Notes: generated by a model from the letters alone, not told the origin. DNA of 64,000 nt from Anaerovoracaceae bacterium (GCA_963594055.1 CAVBDE010000001.1:10729-74728); one strand, 5' to 3'. Positions 27,667-37,329 are shown, counted from the stretch's first letter. Made by a program: numbers and translations.

Positions 27667-29135
27667 TGCCTGAGCGGAAGAAAAGACCTGTATCCGACAC
27701 TGCGGTAGTCAGCGAGATCGGACGCCTGATGGGGCAGACCCCGCCTCAGGCGCTTGATGTCGAGGAAGCCGTGCTCGGCGCGATGCTTCTGGAGCCGGAG
27801 TGCGTGGAGGAAGCCATTGAACAGCTGACAGACAGCTGTTTCTATTCCGAAAAGCACCGTCTCATCTTCGGGGCCATGCGCTCTCTGGTGAACGACCATA
27901 CTCCGGTCGATTCCATCACAGTGGCCAACAGGCTCATCCAGCAGGACCGGCTGGAGATGGTGGGAGGCGTATCCACCCTGACGGCCCTGACGGAGAACAT
28001 CGGCTCGGCCGCCCATATAGAATCTTATCTTTCCATCCTCAAGCAGAAAGCCATCCAGAGGGATCTCATCACTGCCGCCCACAACATTCTCCGCAATGCC
28101 TATGACGAGCAGATGAAGGTGGACGACCTCGTGGACACGTCTTTCACTGACATTTACAAGGCTACCCAGAGCTCTGACAGACAGTCGGTCCAGGACATCG
28201 GCTCCATCATCGGCCAGGCTCTCGAGCGTCTGGACAGGATGCAGGGCCAGGAAGGCCTCAGCGGCGTTCCGTCCGGATTCGCCACATTGGACAAGATTAC
28301 CAACGGCTGGCAGCCTTCAGACCTCATCATCCTCGCCGCCCGTCCTTCGGTAGGTAAGACGGCATTCTCGCTGAACATAGCCAGAAACGCGGCTGTGGAC
28401 CATCATATCCCCGTGGCGTTCTTCTCGCTGGAGATGTCCTCCATTCAGCTGGCGAACCGTCTGATGACCACAGAATCAGGCCTCAGCGCCGACAAGATAA
28501 AGGGCGGCGTCAAGCTCGAAAACGACGAGTGGACGCTTCTCGAACAGAGTATCAAACGCCTTCAGGGCGCCCCGCTTTACGTGGACGAGACCCCGGGCCT
28601 TCCGATTATGGAATTCCGCTCCAAGGTTAAGTCTCTGGTCAAGCAGAAGGGTGTCCGCCTGGTAGTGGTCGACTACCTGCAGCTTATGCAGGGTCCGAGC
28701 GACACGAAGGGTATGCGCGAGCAGGAAGTGGCCGCCATATCCCGTATGCTCAAGGCCACGGCCAAGGAGATGAACATCGCCATCATAGCGCTGTCCCAGC
28801 TGTCGCGTAATTCCGTGCAGCGTCAGGGCGGCGGCGGAAAGCCTATCCTCTCCGACCTTCGTGAGTCCGGAAGCATAGAGCAGGATGCCGATATGGTCAT
28901 CTTCATACATCGTCCGGATTTTCTCGGCCTGTCGGAAGGCCCTCAGGATAAGGAGAAGACCCAGATCATCATCGCCAAGCACCGTAACGGCGAGACCAGG
29001 GATATCGATATGCTGTACAAGGGCGACCGCCTCAAATTCGTGGAGGTCGGCGATTCCCTTTATGAAGACACTCCGGAGTATGAGTCCAGCATGAATTCCG
29101 CTGACTACAATATAGCTCCCGATCAGCCATGGTAG
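27666..29135 (+). CDS. dnaB: replicative DNA helicase
   Basis: PPQALDVEEAVLGAMLLEP N-terminal domain, Walker A AARPSVGKTAF, Walker B VVDYLQLM, SQLSR and DADMVIFIHR motifs. Confidence 0.95.
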   Translation: MPERKKRPVSDTAVVSEIGRLMGQTPPQALDVEEAVLGAMLLEPECVEEAIEQLTDSCFYSEKHRLIFGAMRSLVNDHTPVDSITVANRLIQQDRLEMVGGVSTLTALTENIGSAAHIESYLSILKQKAIQRDLITAAHNILRNAYDEQMKVDDLVDTSFTDIYKATQSSDRQSVQDIGSIIGQALERLDRMQGQEGLSGVPSGFATLDKITNGWQPSDLIILAARPSVGKTAFSLNIARNAAVDHHIPVAFFSLEMSSIQLANRLMTTESGLSADKIKGGVKLENDEWTLLEQSIKRLQGAPLYVDETPGLPIMEFRSKVKSLVKQKGVRLVVVDYLQLMQGPSDTKGMREQEVAAISRMLKATAKEMNIAIIALSQLSRNSVQRQGGGGKPILSDLRESGSIEQDADMVIFIHRPDFLGLSEGPQDKEKTQIIIAKHRNGETRDIDMLYKGDRLKFVEVGDSLYEDTPEYESSMNSADYNIAPDQPW

Positions 29136-29542
29136 AGGAAGAGATACGACACAGCGGGAAGGTGGTGGAGATAACCCCTTCTCAGATTACCGTGGAGATA
29201 ATTTCCGAAAGCGCATGCTCTTCCTGTCACGCCGCCGCCATGTGCGGAATGTCCGAGATCAAGAAAAAACACGTGAGCGTTCCCGCCGCATTGGGTTATG
29301 AGGTGGGTGACGAAGTGTGGGTCAACCTGAAGCGCTCCATGGGTATGAAGGCCGTGTGGATAGCCTATGTGCTGCCCCTCGTGCTGCTGGTTGCGGACAT
29401 ATTGGCCGTCTCCGCCCTCGGAGCGGGCGAACTGGCCTGCGGCGTGTCGGCATTGGCAGTCATAGCCCTGTATTATCTGATAGTTTATCTGCTGAGAGGC
29501 AGACTTGAAAACGAATATATTTTTTGCATAAAGAAAAAATGA
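29129..29542 (+). CDS. rseC: RseC/MucC-family (SoxR-reducing system) small membrane protein
   Basis: N-terminal GKVVEITPSQITVEII...ACSSCHAAAMCG followed by two TM helices. It occupies the usual position ahead of rnfB and overlaps the dnaB stop by 7 nt. Confidence 0.75.
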   Translation: MVEEEIRHSGKVVEITPSQITVEIISESACSSCHAAAMCGMSEIKKKHVSVPAALGYEVGDEVWVNLKRSMGMKAVWIAYVLPLVLLVADILAVSALGAGELACGVSALAVIALYYLIVYLLRGRLENEYIFCIKKK

Positions 29543-30483
29543 CTGGTACAATTATTCAGACGATTGTAATCCTGACCGGGTTGGGACTCCTTCTTTCTCT
29601 GGTGCTTTATCTGGTGGCCAAGAAATTCAAGGTGGAGGAAGACCCGCGCATCGATGAAGTTGAAAAGGTTATGCCCGGTGCCAATTGCGGCGGCTGCGGC
29701 TATGCCGGATGCCGTGCATTTGCAGACGCTGCCGTGAAAGCCGGCAATCTGGACAACAATTTCTGTCCTGTGGGCGGCAACGAAGTTATGAAGAAGGTCG
29801 CCGGCATTCTGGGCTATGAGGTCAAGGAGAAGGCTCCTATGGTCTCTGTGGTAAGATGCAACGGCACCTGTGAGAACCGCCCGAAGATCAATACCTATGA
29901 CGGCGCGCTCTCCTGCAGGGTCAAGGCTTCGCTTTATTCCGGAGACACGGCCTGCGCATACGGGTGTCTGGGCTGCGGGGACTGCGTGAGCGCCTGCACG
30001 TTCGGGGCCATCGTCATGAATCCGCTTACCGGACTTCCGGTGGTGGACGAAAGCAAATGTACCGCCTGCGGCGCCTGCGTGAAGGCCTGCCCTAAGGGCA
30101 TCATCGAGCTCCGGAACAAGGGTCCGCGCTCTATGCGCATGTACGTGTCCTGTATGAACAAAGACAAGGGACCTGCCGCGAAGAAGGAGTGCCTGGCCGC
30201 CTGCATAGGATGCGGCATCTGCGCGAAGACCTGTACCCACGATGCCATTACGGTCGAGAACAACCTGGCATACATAGATTACAACAAATGCAAATTGTGC
30301 CGCGAGTGCGAGGCTATGTGCCCTACGGGGGCCATACACGGGGTCAATTTCCCTAAGCCTCTCGACAGGGAGACCCTGAAGGCCAGGGTGGCGGAACGTA
30401 AACGCAAGGCTCAGGAGGCCGCAGCCGCAGAGGCTGCCGCAGCCAAGGCCGCTAAAGAAGCACAGGAGGTGACAAATGCGTAA
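29539..30483 (+). CDS. rnfB: Rnf electron-transport complex subunit B
   Basis: N-terminal TM helix, CGGCGYAGC cluster, several CxxCxxCxxxCP ferredoxin motifs. ATG 29539 forms an ATGA overlap with the rseC stop. Confidence 0.9.
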   Translation: MTGTIIQTIVILTGLGLLLSLVLYLVAKKFKVEEDPRIDEVEKVMPGANCGGCGYAGCRAFADAAVKAGNLDNNFCPVGGNEVMKKVAGILGYEVKEKAPMVSVVRCNGTCENRPKINTYDGALSCRVKASLYSGDTACAYGCLGCGDCVSACTFGAIVMNPLTGLPVVDESKCTACGACVKACPKGIIELRNKGPRSMRMYVSCMNKDKGPAAKKECLAACIGCGICAKTCTHDAITVENNLAYIDYNKCKLCRECEAMCPTGAIHGVNFPKPLDRETLKARVAERKRKAQEAAAAEAAAAKAAKEAQEVTNA

Positions 30484-31834
30484 AGTAACATTCAGCATCG
30501 GAGGCATTCATCCGAACGATTCCAAACTCACACGTGAGTGCAGGATAGAGACCCTTCCTCTTCCGGAAGTGGTATATGTGTCCATGGCGCAGCACCTGGG
30601 CGCTCCCGCTACCCCTGTAGTGGCAGTGGGTGACAAGGTCAAGACCGGTCAGGTCATAGCCGAACCTGCGGGATTCATCTCCGCATTCGTGCATTCTCCG
30701 GTCAGCGGTACCGTGAAATCCATCGCTCCGCGCGCCGACCTGGCGGGGAAGATGGTCCCTCACATAGAGATTCAGGTCGAGGGTGACGAGTGGGCTGAAG
30801 GCATAGACCTGTCGGCCGACCTCGTTACCGAACTTCCCGAAGACAGGGAGCAGACCCTCGCGAAGATCAAGAACAACGGTGTCGTGGGACTTGGCGGTGC
30901 CACTTTCCCTACGCACGTGAAACTGAACCCGGCGCCTGGCAGCAAGGCCGAGTGCCTTATCATCAACGGCGCCGAGTGCGAGCCTTACCTTACTTCAGAC
31001 TACCGCATTATGCTCGAGCGCACGAAGGAGATCATTGTGGGCGTGGCCATTATGCAGAAGGTTCTGGGAGGATGCAGGGCGGTGATTGGCATAGAGGAGA
31101 ACAAGCCTGAGGCCATAGAGGCTATGGGCAGGGCTCTCGCCGAGCTTCCTTACGGGAACATCACCGTGCAGCCGCTGAAGAAGCGTTATCCTCAGGGCGG
31201 TGAGAAGCAGCTCATCGATGCCGTCATGCACCGTCAGGTGAAGTCCGGCGGCCTTCCTATCAGTGTGGGTGCGGTGGTTCAGAATATGGCCACGGCACTG
31301 GCAGTGTACGAAGCCGTACAGAAGAACAAGCCTCTTATCACCAATACTTTGACCGTTACGGGCGACTGCCTGCCTGTGGAGAAGCAGCACAACTACCTCT
31401 TCCGCATCGGTATGCCGCTTTCGTATATCGCCGGATATGCCGGCGGAGTTCCTGAGGGCGCTGCCAAGATCATCAGCGGCGGCCCTATGATGGGCAAGGC
31501 CATCTCGAACCTGGATGCCGCTACCGTAAAGGGTTCTTCGTCAATCCTTTACCTGAGCGCTGACGCTACGCTCCGCAAGGCGCAGACCGCCTGTATCCGC
31601 TGCGGCAGATGTGCGGACGCCTGTCCTATGGGACTCGAGCCGTTCCTTCTGAAACGCCTGGGCGCGGCAGGGGATTTCGCGGCTCTTGAGAAGAACGCCG
31701 TTCAGGATTGTATAGAGTGCGGCTGCTGTCTTTACAGCTGTCCTGCCAATGTCCCTCTGCTGGACTACATACGCCAGTACAAGGGCCAGGTAATGGGTAT
31801 CATACGTGCAAGGGCTGCCGCAGCCAAGAAGTAA
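30476..31834 (+). CDS. rnfC: Rnf complex subunit C
   Basis: GLGGATFPTHVKL, CIRCGRCADACP and CIECGCCLYSCP. Confidence 0.93.
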   Translation: MRKVTFSIGGIHPNDSKLTRECRIETLPLPEVVYVSMAQHLGAPATPVVAVGDKVKTGQVIAEPAGFISAFVHSPVSGTVKSIAPRADLAGKMVPHIEIQVEGDEWAEGIDLSADLVTELPEDREQTLAKIKNNGVVGLGGATFPTHVKLNPAPGSKAECLIINGAECEPYLTSDYRIMLERTKEIIVGVAIMQKVLGGCRAVIGIEENKPEAIEAMGRALAELPYGNITVQPLKKRYPQGGEKQLIDAVMHRQVKSGGLPISVGAVVQNMATALAVYEAVQKNKPLITNTLTVTGDCLPVEKQHNYLFRIGMPLSYIAGYAGGVPEGAAKIISGGPMMGKAISNLDAATVKGSSSILYLSADATLRKAQTACIRCGRCADACPMGLEPFLLKRLGAAGDFAALEKNAVQDCIECGCCLYSCPANVPLLDYIRQYKGQVMGIIRARAAAAKK

Positions 31835-31844
31835 ACAAAGAGTT

Positions 31845-32810
31845 ATGAAAAATACGATGTTAGTATCACCTTCACCACATATTCACTCTGCAGTGAGTAC
31901 CCGCTCCCTGATGCGGGATGTGATTATCGCGCTTCTTCCTGCGGTAATAGTGTCGGTATTGTTCTACGGATGGAGCGAACTCCTGATTCTGGGAGTGAGC
32001 GTTCTGTCCTGCGTCCTTCTGGAATGGGCCATAACCAAATATCTGCTTAAGGCTCCGAGCACTGTCGGGGACCTGTCGGCTGTGGTTACCGGTATCCTTC
32101 TGGCGATGAACCTTCCTACCGCCACCCCGTGGTGGATCGTGTTCATCGGCGCAGTGGTCGCCATCGGAGTGGCCAAGATGACATTCGGAGGCCTAGGCCA
32201 GAATCCGTTCAACCCTGCCATCACGGGCCGTGTGTTCCTGCTCATCTCCTTCCCTGCGCAGATGACGGACTGGTCTGTTCCACAGGGATTCATTCATGCA
32301 TCGGACGCCGTTTCGGGCGCCACTCTGCTTGGCCGTTTCAATGAAGGCGGCGTAGCGGCTGTGGACGGCACGAACTATCTGCATACGCTTTTCTTCAACA
32401 TAGGCGGTGCGGCCGGCGAGGTCTGTTCAGTGGCTCTGCTTCTGGGATTTGTCTATCTGCTCGTCAGAAAGGTCGTGAAGCCGTGGATAACCCTGAGCAT
32501 ATTCGCCACCATCGCGGCATTCAGCGGCATATTCTATCTTATCGATCCTTCGCAGTATATGGATCCTCTCTTCCATCTGCTTACGGGCGGCGTGATTCTC
32601 GGAGCCTGCTTTATGGCCACCGACTATGTGACCTCGCCTATGAGTACGAAGGGCGGCATCATCTACGGTGTGGGCATTGGTCTGCTGGTGATGCTCATCC
32701 GTATGTTCGGTTCATATCCTGAAGGAATGAGCTTCGCTATCTTGATAATGAATATGGTGACCCCTCTTATCAATATGTGGTGCCATCAGAAAAAATACGG
32801 GAGGAGTTAG
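31845..32810 (+). CDS. rnfD: Rnf complex subunit D
   Basis: MKNTMLVSPSPHIHS start, polytopic membrane protein, DAVSGATLLG FMN-attachment context. Confidence 0.93.
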   Translation: MKNTMLVSPSPHIHSAVSTRSLMRDVIIALLPAVIVSVLFYGWSELLILGVSVLSCVLLEWAITKYLLKAPSTVGDLSAVVTGILLAMNLPTATPWWIVFIGAVVAIGVAKMTFGGLGQNPFNPAITGRVFLLISFPAQMTDWSVPQGFIHASDAVSGATLLGRFNEGGVAAVDGTNYLHTLFFNIGGAAGEVCSVALLLGFVYLLVRKVVKPWITLSIFATIAAFSGIFYLIDPSQYMDPLFHLLTGGVILGACFMATDYVTSPMSTKGGIIYGVGIGLLVMLIRMFGSYPEGMSFAILIMNMVTPLINMWCHQKKYGRS

Positions 32811-32812
32811 TT

Positions 32813-33373
32813 ATGGCAGCTCAGTCAACTCTTAAAAACATGGTGCTCTGCCTTACTGGCGTGTGCCTTTTCTGCTCAGCCGTTCTGGGCGTGGTATATG
32901 TGAAGACGGAGGAGCCTATCGCTCAGGCCAATAAAAAGGCCGTCAGCGACTCCATCGCCAAGGTCCTTCCAGAGGGAGGCGAGCTTTCCGACGAAGCCAC
33001 CGTCACCTTCGAGGGCAAGGAATACACCTACAACGCTCTCGTGAAGGACGGTCAGACCGTCGCCTATGCGGTTAAAAGTTCCGAGAACGGATTCGGCGGC
33101 GCGCTCGTCCTTATGGTGGGCGTCCTTACCGACGGCACGGTGTACAGCACTTCGGTCCTCTCGCACAGCGAGACTCCGGGACTCGGTGCCAAGTGTACCT
33201 CCGACGAGAAGTTCTGTTCTCAGTTCCGCGGCCTGGGTGCTGACAAGGTCCTGGCTGTCAAGAAGGACGGCGGCGACATCGACGCCATCACCGGTTCCAC
33301 CATCACCTCACGCGCCTACTCGAAGGCGGTGAAGAATGCCGTGGATGTAGTTAAAACATTGGGAGGAAAATAG
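32813..33373 (+). CDS. rnfG: Rnf complex subunit G
   Basis: Single TM helix. FMN_bind motifs SETPGLG and DAITGSTITS. Confidence 0.9.
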   Translation: MAAQSTLKNMVLCLTGVCLFCSAVLGVVYVKTEEPIAQANKKAVSDSIAKVLPEGGELSDEATVTFEGKEYTYNALVKDGQTVAYAVKSSENGFGGALVLMVGVLTDGTVYSTSVLSHSETPGLGAKCTSDEKFCSQFRGLGADKVLAVKKDGGDIDAITGSTITSRAYSKAVKNAVDVVKTLGGK

Positions 33374-33375
33374 AT

Positions 33376-33960
33376 ATGGGAAAGAATCTGTCTCTTATAG
33401 CCAAGGGTATAATAAAAGAGAACCCTACTTTCGTGCTCGTGCTGGGTATGTGTCCTACGCTTGCCACCACGACATCGGCCATCAACGGCCTCGAGATGGG
33501 TCTGGCTACGCTTTTCGTGCTTATCCTCTCGAATGTGGCCATCTCCCTTATAGCTCCAATCGTTCCTGACAAGGTGCACATTCCTGTCTATATCGTGGTC
33601 ATCGCGACTTTCGTGACCGTGCTTCAGCTTGTGATGCAGGCATTCGTGCCGGGCATTTACCAGACTCTCGGTCTGTTCATACCTCTTATCGTGGTGAACT
33701 GCATCGTGCTCGGACGCGCTGAGGCTTTCGCCTGCAAGAACGGCGTATGGGCTTCGGCGCTGGACGGACTTGGCATTGGCCTCGGCTTCACCCTGTCCCT
33801 GACGGTGATAGGCCTTATCCGCGAGATCCTGGGAAGCGGCTCCGCATTCGGATTCAAGTTCATCCCGGGCGACGGCATATTGGCATTCATCCTGGCTCCG
33901 GGCGCCTTTATGGTACTGGGTTATCTTATGGTTTTGTTCAACAAATTCTTTAAAAAATAG
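33376..33960 (+). CDS. rnfE: Rnf complex subunit E
   Basis: NPTFVLVLGMCPTLATTTS signature, 6 TM. Confidence 0.93.
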   Translation: MGKNLSLIAKGIIKENPTFVLVLGMCPTLATTTSAINGLEMGLATLFVLILSNVAISLIAPIVPDKVHIPVYIVVIATFVTVLQLVMQAFVPGIYQTLGLFIPLIVVNCIVLGRAEAFACKNGVWASALDGLGIGLGFTLSLTVIGLIREILGSGSAFGFKFIPGDGILAFILAPGAFMVLGYLMVLFNKFFKK

Positions 33961-33968
33961 ACGGACTT

Positions 33969-34571
33969 ATGGAGTATATTCTGATAATCATCTCTGCGAT
34001 ATTTGTCAACAATATCGTGCTTTCCCAGTTCCTGGGAATATGTCCGTTCCTGGGGGTTTCGAACAAGCTCAGCACCGCGACAGGCATGTCCGGCGCAGTC
34101 TGCTTCGTGATTACCCTCGCCACCGTGGTGACCTATCTGGTGAACAAGTATCTTCTCGCCAGATTCGGGCTTGAGTTTCTGCAGACCATCGCGTTCATCC
34201 TCGTGATCGCGGCTCTGGTTCAGATGGTGGAGATCGTTCTGAAGAAGATCAGCCCGTCGCTTTATCAGGCTCTGGGCATCTTCCTTCCGCTGATCACCAC
34301 GAACTGTACCGTGCTCGGTGTGGCCATTACCGTGGTTACCAAGGAGTTCACTATCGGAGGACAGGCCATCGGCCTTCTTAATCTCGGCCAGGCTACCGTG
34401 TACGCCCTCGCCACTTCGCTCGGTTACGGACTTGCGATGATCCTTTTCGCCGGTCTTCGCGAGCATCTGAGCGGGAACAACGTCCCCAAGGCATTCCAGG
34501 GCCTTCCTATCGCACTTATTACAGTAAGCATAATGGCTATGGCATTCTTCGGTTTTTCCGGAATGGTATAG
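33969..34571 (+). CDS. rnfA: Rnf complex subunit A
   Basis: VNNIVLSQFLGICPFLGVS signature, 6 TM. Confidence 0.93.
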   Translation: MEYILIIISAIFVNNIVLSQFLGICPFLGVSNKLSTATGMSGAVCFVITLATVVTYLVNKYLLARFGLEFLQTIAFILVIAALVQMVEIVLKKISPSLYQALGIFLPLITTNCTVLGVAITVVTKEFTIGGQAIGLLNLGQATVYALATSLGYGLAMILFAGLREHLSGNNVPKAFQGLPIALITVSIMAMAFFGFSGMV

Positions 34572-34586
34572 CCCGTATCGATTTTT

Positions 34587-36206
34587 ATGAAGAAATTTTC
34601 CGCATACCGTCTCGCACTGCTTCTGGCATCCGCAGCGATGCTTTTCGCGGCGTGCGAGCCCTCTACGACTGAACCTGACGATCCTGATACGCCGGTAGTG
34701 CCGGATGTCCCTGATCCGGACCCCGACCCCGATCCGGACCCTGTAGACCCGGATGATCCCGATCCGATAACTCCGGACCCTGAGTCCGTGACGTTCGCCG
34801 AGATTATAGGGGCCGGCTGCAGCGGGACTTATGATGTAAGTTCCGCAGTGGTTATGGCTACCGGAGCGCATAATACCGTGGTCTATGACGGCACGGCCTA
34901 TATGCTGCTCTACGACCCGGACAAGACATCTTCCGTGGGGGATGTGGTCGCGCTTTCAGGCGAAGTCAAGGAGTTCAACGGCGTGCCGGAATGGAATCAG
35001 CCGGACATAAATGTTAAGTCCACGCGTGACAGCATCCCGTATCCTGACCCTGTGGAGATTACGGCCTCTTACATCAGCTCGTATTCTTCCTCTCCGGAGA
35101 TAGTTTACGGCGTGGCCAGCGGAACCAAAGATGGATACTGTCTTAATGTCGGCGGCAAATCCCTGAACTGCTATTCGAACACCTCGATAGAGGACGGGGA
35201 GGTGACGGTTTACGGATTCACCATAGGATATTCGAAGAAGACCGTCAATTTCGTGGTGACCTCCACCGGCTCCGGCGAAGACCCGGACCCCGACCCCGAT
35301 CCTGATCCGGAACCAGACCCCGACCCTGATCCGGACCCTGTAGACCCGGATGATCCGGACACTCCTTCCACGGGCAAATACTCCTGGGTGGAGCTTCCGG
35401 TGATGTATGACGAGGATTCGGACGGGCGCGACGATAATGACAATACCCTTTATTACGCCACGCATTTCACTGACCTGAAATCTCCTACGGGAGATGCGGC
35501 CCGCAATTACACCGTCTGCTACAGCGGAGAGCATCACTGCCCGGTATGGGTGGCCGCGCCCCGGCATAGTATGTATAGAGGTAATGCAAAACGATCAAAT
35601 GCGTATCAGAGGGATCCGGATATTCCAGCAGATATTCAGTATAGGAAAAAAGATGCAGATAGCGGCTGCAATAATGGGCATATGCTTGGCAGTGCAGAGA
35701 GAACAGCCTCTGACCCTACTAACCGTCAGGTTTTTTATTTCACCAATATTGCTCCACAGCTAGAGGATGATTTTAATACCGGCGGAGGCGGATGGAACAT
35801 TCTAGAGGACTGGATAGACACCAAGGAAAATGATTGTTCGGATACACTTTATGTGGTAATCGGCTGTTATTTCGAGAAATATACCGACGGGTACGGTAAG
35901 ACGGCGTCTCCGAAGACCATTTCCTTCGGCGGACGCAGTGACGTGGATATGCCGACTATGTTCTATTATGCTCTGCTCCGCACGAAGAAAGGTAATACCG
36001 GCAAGGCTCTCAAGGACTGCAGCGCTTCCGAGATGATGTGCGCCGCTTTCGTGCGTGCTCACACTAACGATCTCAGGAACCAGAAGGTCACCTCTGCCGA
36101 GATGATGAGTATTTCCGACCTTGAGAAAGTGACAGGATTCAAGTATTTCACCAATGTGCCGAACGCTCCCAAATCCAGCTTCTCGGCATCTGACTGGGGA
36201 CTTTAG
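34587..36206 (+). CDS. surface lipoprotein: PD-rich linker, OB-like module, PD-rich linker, DNA/RNA non-specific (beta-beta-alpha-Me) endonuclease domain
   Basis: Lipobox LFAACE. Two (PD)n linkers. Nuclease motifs CNNGHMLGSAER (RGH-type His) and FYFTNIAPQ (metal-binding Asn). Confidence 0.8.
   Translation: MKKFSAYRLALLLASAAMLFAACEPSTTEPDDPDTPVVPDVPDPDPDPDPDPVDPDDPDPITPDPESVTFAEIIGAGCSGTYDVSSAVVMATGAHNTVVYDGTAYMLLYDPDKTSSVGDVVALSGEVKEFNGVPEWNQPDINVKSTRDSIPYPDPVEITASYISSYSSSPEIVYGVASGTKDGYCLNVGGKSLNCYSNTSIEDGEVTVYGFTIGYSKKTVNFVVTSTGSGEDPDPDPDPDPEPDPDPDPDPVDPDDPDTPSTGKYSWVELPVMYDEDSDGRDDNDNTLYYATHFTDLKSPTGDAARNYTVCYSGEHHCPVWVAAPRHSMYRGNAKRSNAYQRDPDIPADIQYRKKDADSGCNNGHMLGSAERTASDPTNRQVFYFTNIAPQLEDDFNTGGGGWNILEDWIDTKENDCSDTLYVVIGCYFEKYTDGYGKTASPKTISFGGRSDVDMPTMFYYALLRTKKGNTGKALKDCSASEMMCAAFVRAHTNDLRNQKVTSAEMMSISDLEKVTGFKYFTNVPNAPKSSFSASDWGL
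34716..34759 (+). repeat. intragenic direct repeat, copy A (PD-linker coding)
   Basis: A 44-nt repeat with 2 mismatches to copy B. The core 29 nt GATCCGGACCCTGTAGACCCGGATGATCC (34731-34759) is identical. Confidence 0.9.
35313..35356 (+). repeat. intragenic direct repeat, copy B
   Basis: Identical 29-nt core at 35328-35356. The offset from copy A is 597 nt, or 199 codons, so it is in frame. Confidence 0.9.
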
Positions 36207-36209
36207 AAT

Positions 36210-37244
36210 ATGCTGACGCTTATTGTCTTCCTGCTTACGGCGATGGCCGTATCGTTCCTCTGCTCGGTACTGGAATCGGTGCTGATGTCCACGCCTATCT
36301 CCTACATCACCATGCGCGAGGAGGAAGGTTACGCGCCCGCGAAGAGAATGAAGAACTTCAAGCAGAACTCTTCGCGCCCCATCGCGGCCATCCTCTCCCT
36401 TAACACGATTGCCAATACCATCGGCGCCGCCGGCGTCGGCCGTCAGGCGACTCTGGTTTTCGGCAGCGAGTGGTTCGGACTTGTGAGCGTCATTACCACC
36501 GTGCTGATATTGGTATTCTCGGAGATCGTGCCGAAGACGATCGGTACGCACGGATGGCGTTCGCTTATGGGATTTGCGACCTCTGCGATAGGGGTTCTCA
36601 TCGTGATAATGTTCCCTTGCGTGTGGCTTATCGAGAAGCTGCAGAAACTGATCTCTCCGAAGGACAACGAGACTGCCGTGTCGCGTGACGAGGTGTCCGC
36701 TATGGCCAATGTGGCCGAGGAGGCAGGCGACCTGGAGGAGGACGAGAACGAGATCATCCAGAACGTCATAAATCTGGACGAGGTTAAGGCCTATGACGTG
36801 ATGACTCCGCGCGTGGTATGCGCCATAGCACCGGAATCGATGACTCTCCGCGCATTTTTCAAGGACAAGCGGTTCAAGAGCCATTCACGCATCCCGGTTT
36901 ATTCGGACAACGACGAATACATCACCGGCTATATCCTCAGGATGGACGTGCTTCAGCTCGTGGCCGAGGACAAGTTCGACAAGACATTGGCGGACATACG
37001 CCGCGACATAGCCAGCTTCGACGAGGATACGCCTATGGACAAGGTCTGGGACGAGATGCTCGAGCACGACGAACAGATATCCATAGTCATAGACGAATAC
37101 GGCAGTTTCCAGGGAATTCTGACCCTCGAGGATGTCATCGAGACCATTATGGGCAGCGAGATTGTGGATGAGCGCGACTCCGTGCGCGACATGCAGCAGC
37201 TCGCCCTCGCCCAGTGGAAGAAGCGCAACGCCACGGACAAGTAA
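36210..37244 (+). CDS. CNNM/DUF21 plus CBS-pair membrane protein (hemolysin/CorC-like, no CorC_HlyC tail)
   Basis: Four N-terminal TM helices (LESVLMSTP..., SEIVPKTIG), then a CBS pair (DVMTPRV..., IVIDEYGSFQGILTLEDVIE). Confidence 0.85.
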   Translation: MLTLIVFLLTAMAVSFLCSVLESVLMSTPISYITMREEEGYAPAKRMKNFKQNSSRPIAAILSLNTIANTIGAAGVGRQATLVFGSEWFGLVSVITTVLILVFSEIVPKTIGTHGWRSLMGFATSAIGVLIVIMFPCVWLIEKLQKLISPKDNETAVSRDEVSAMANVAEEAGDLEEDENEIIQNVINLDEVKAYDVMTPRVVCAIAPESMTLRAFFKDKRFKSHSRIPVYSDNDEYITGYILRMDVLQLVAEDKFDKTLADIRRDIASFDEDTPMDKVWDEMLEHDEQISIVIDEYGSFQGILTLEDVIETIMGSEIVDERDSVRDMQQLALAQWKKRNATDK

Positions 37245-37287
37245 TTTCCGGAGCCCCTCGGGGCTGTCACGAAGTGACTGGGGTGAC

Positions 37288-37329
37288 GAATCACAAAAGG
37301 CGACCTGCAAGGGTCGCCTTTTGTGATTC
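37288..37329. terminator. 18-bp perfect hairpin serving the CNNM gene (+) and tRNA-Arg (-)
   Basis: GAATCACAAAAGGCGACC (37288-37305), loop TGCAAG, GGTCGCCTTTTGTGATTC (37312-37329). It contains A4/T4 runs on both sides. The right arm includes the last 6 nt of the tRNA. Confidence 0.7.

Noticed and set aside
34690-35365. GAYCCN-type periodic repeats that superficially resemble a short tandem or CRISPR-like array (also at 4861-4915).
   Set aside because: They are in frame and encode (Pro-Asp/Glu)n interdomain linkers of exported proteins. The units are irregular 6-nt repeats with no spacers and no cas genes nearby.
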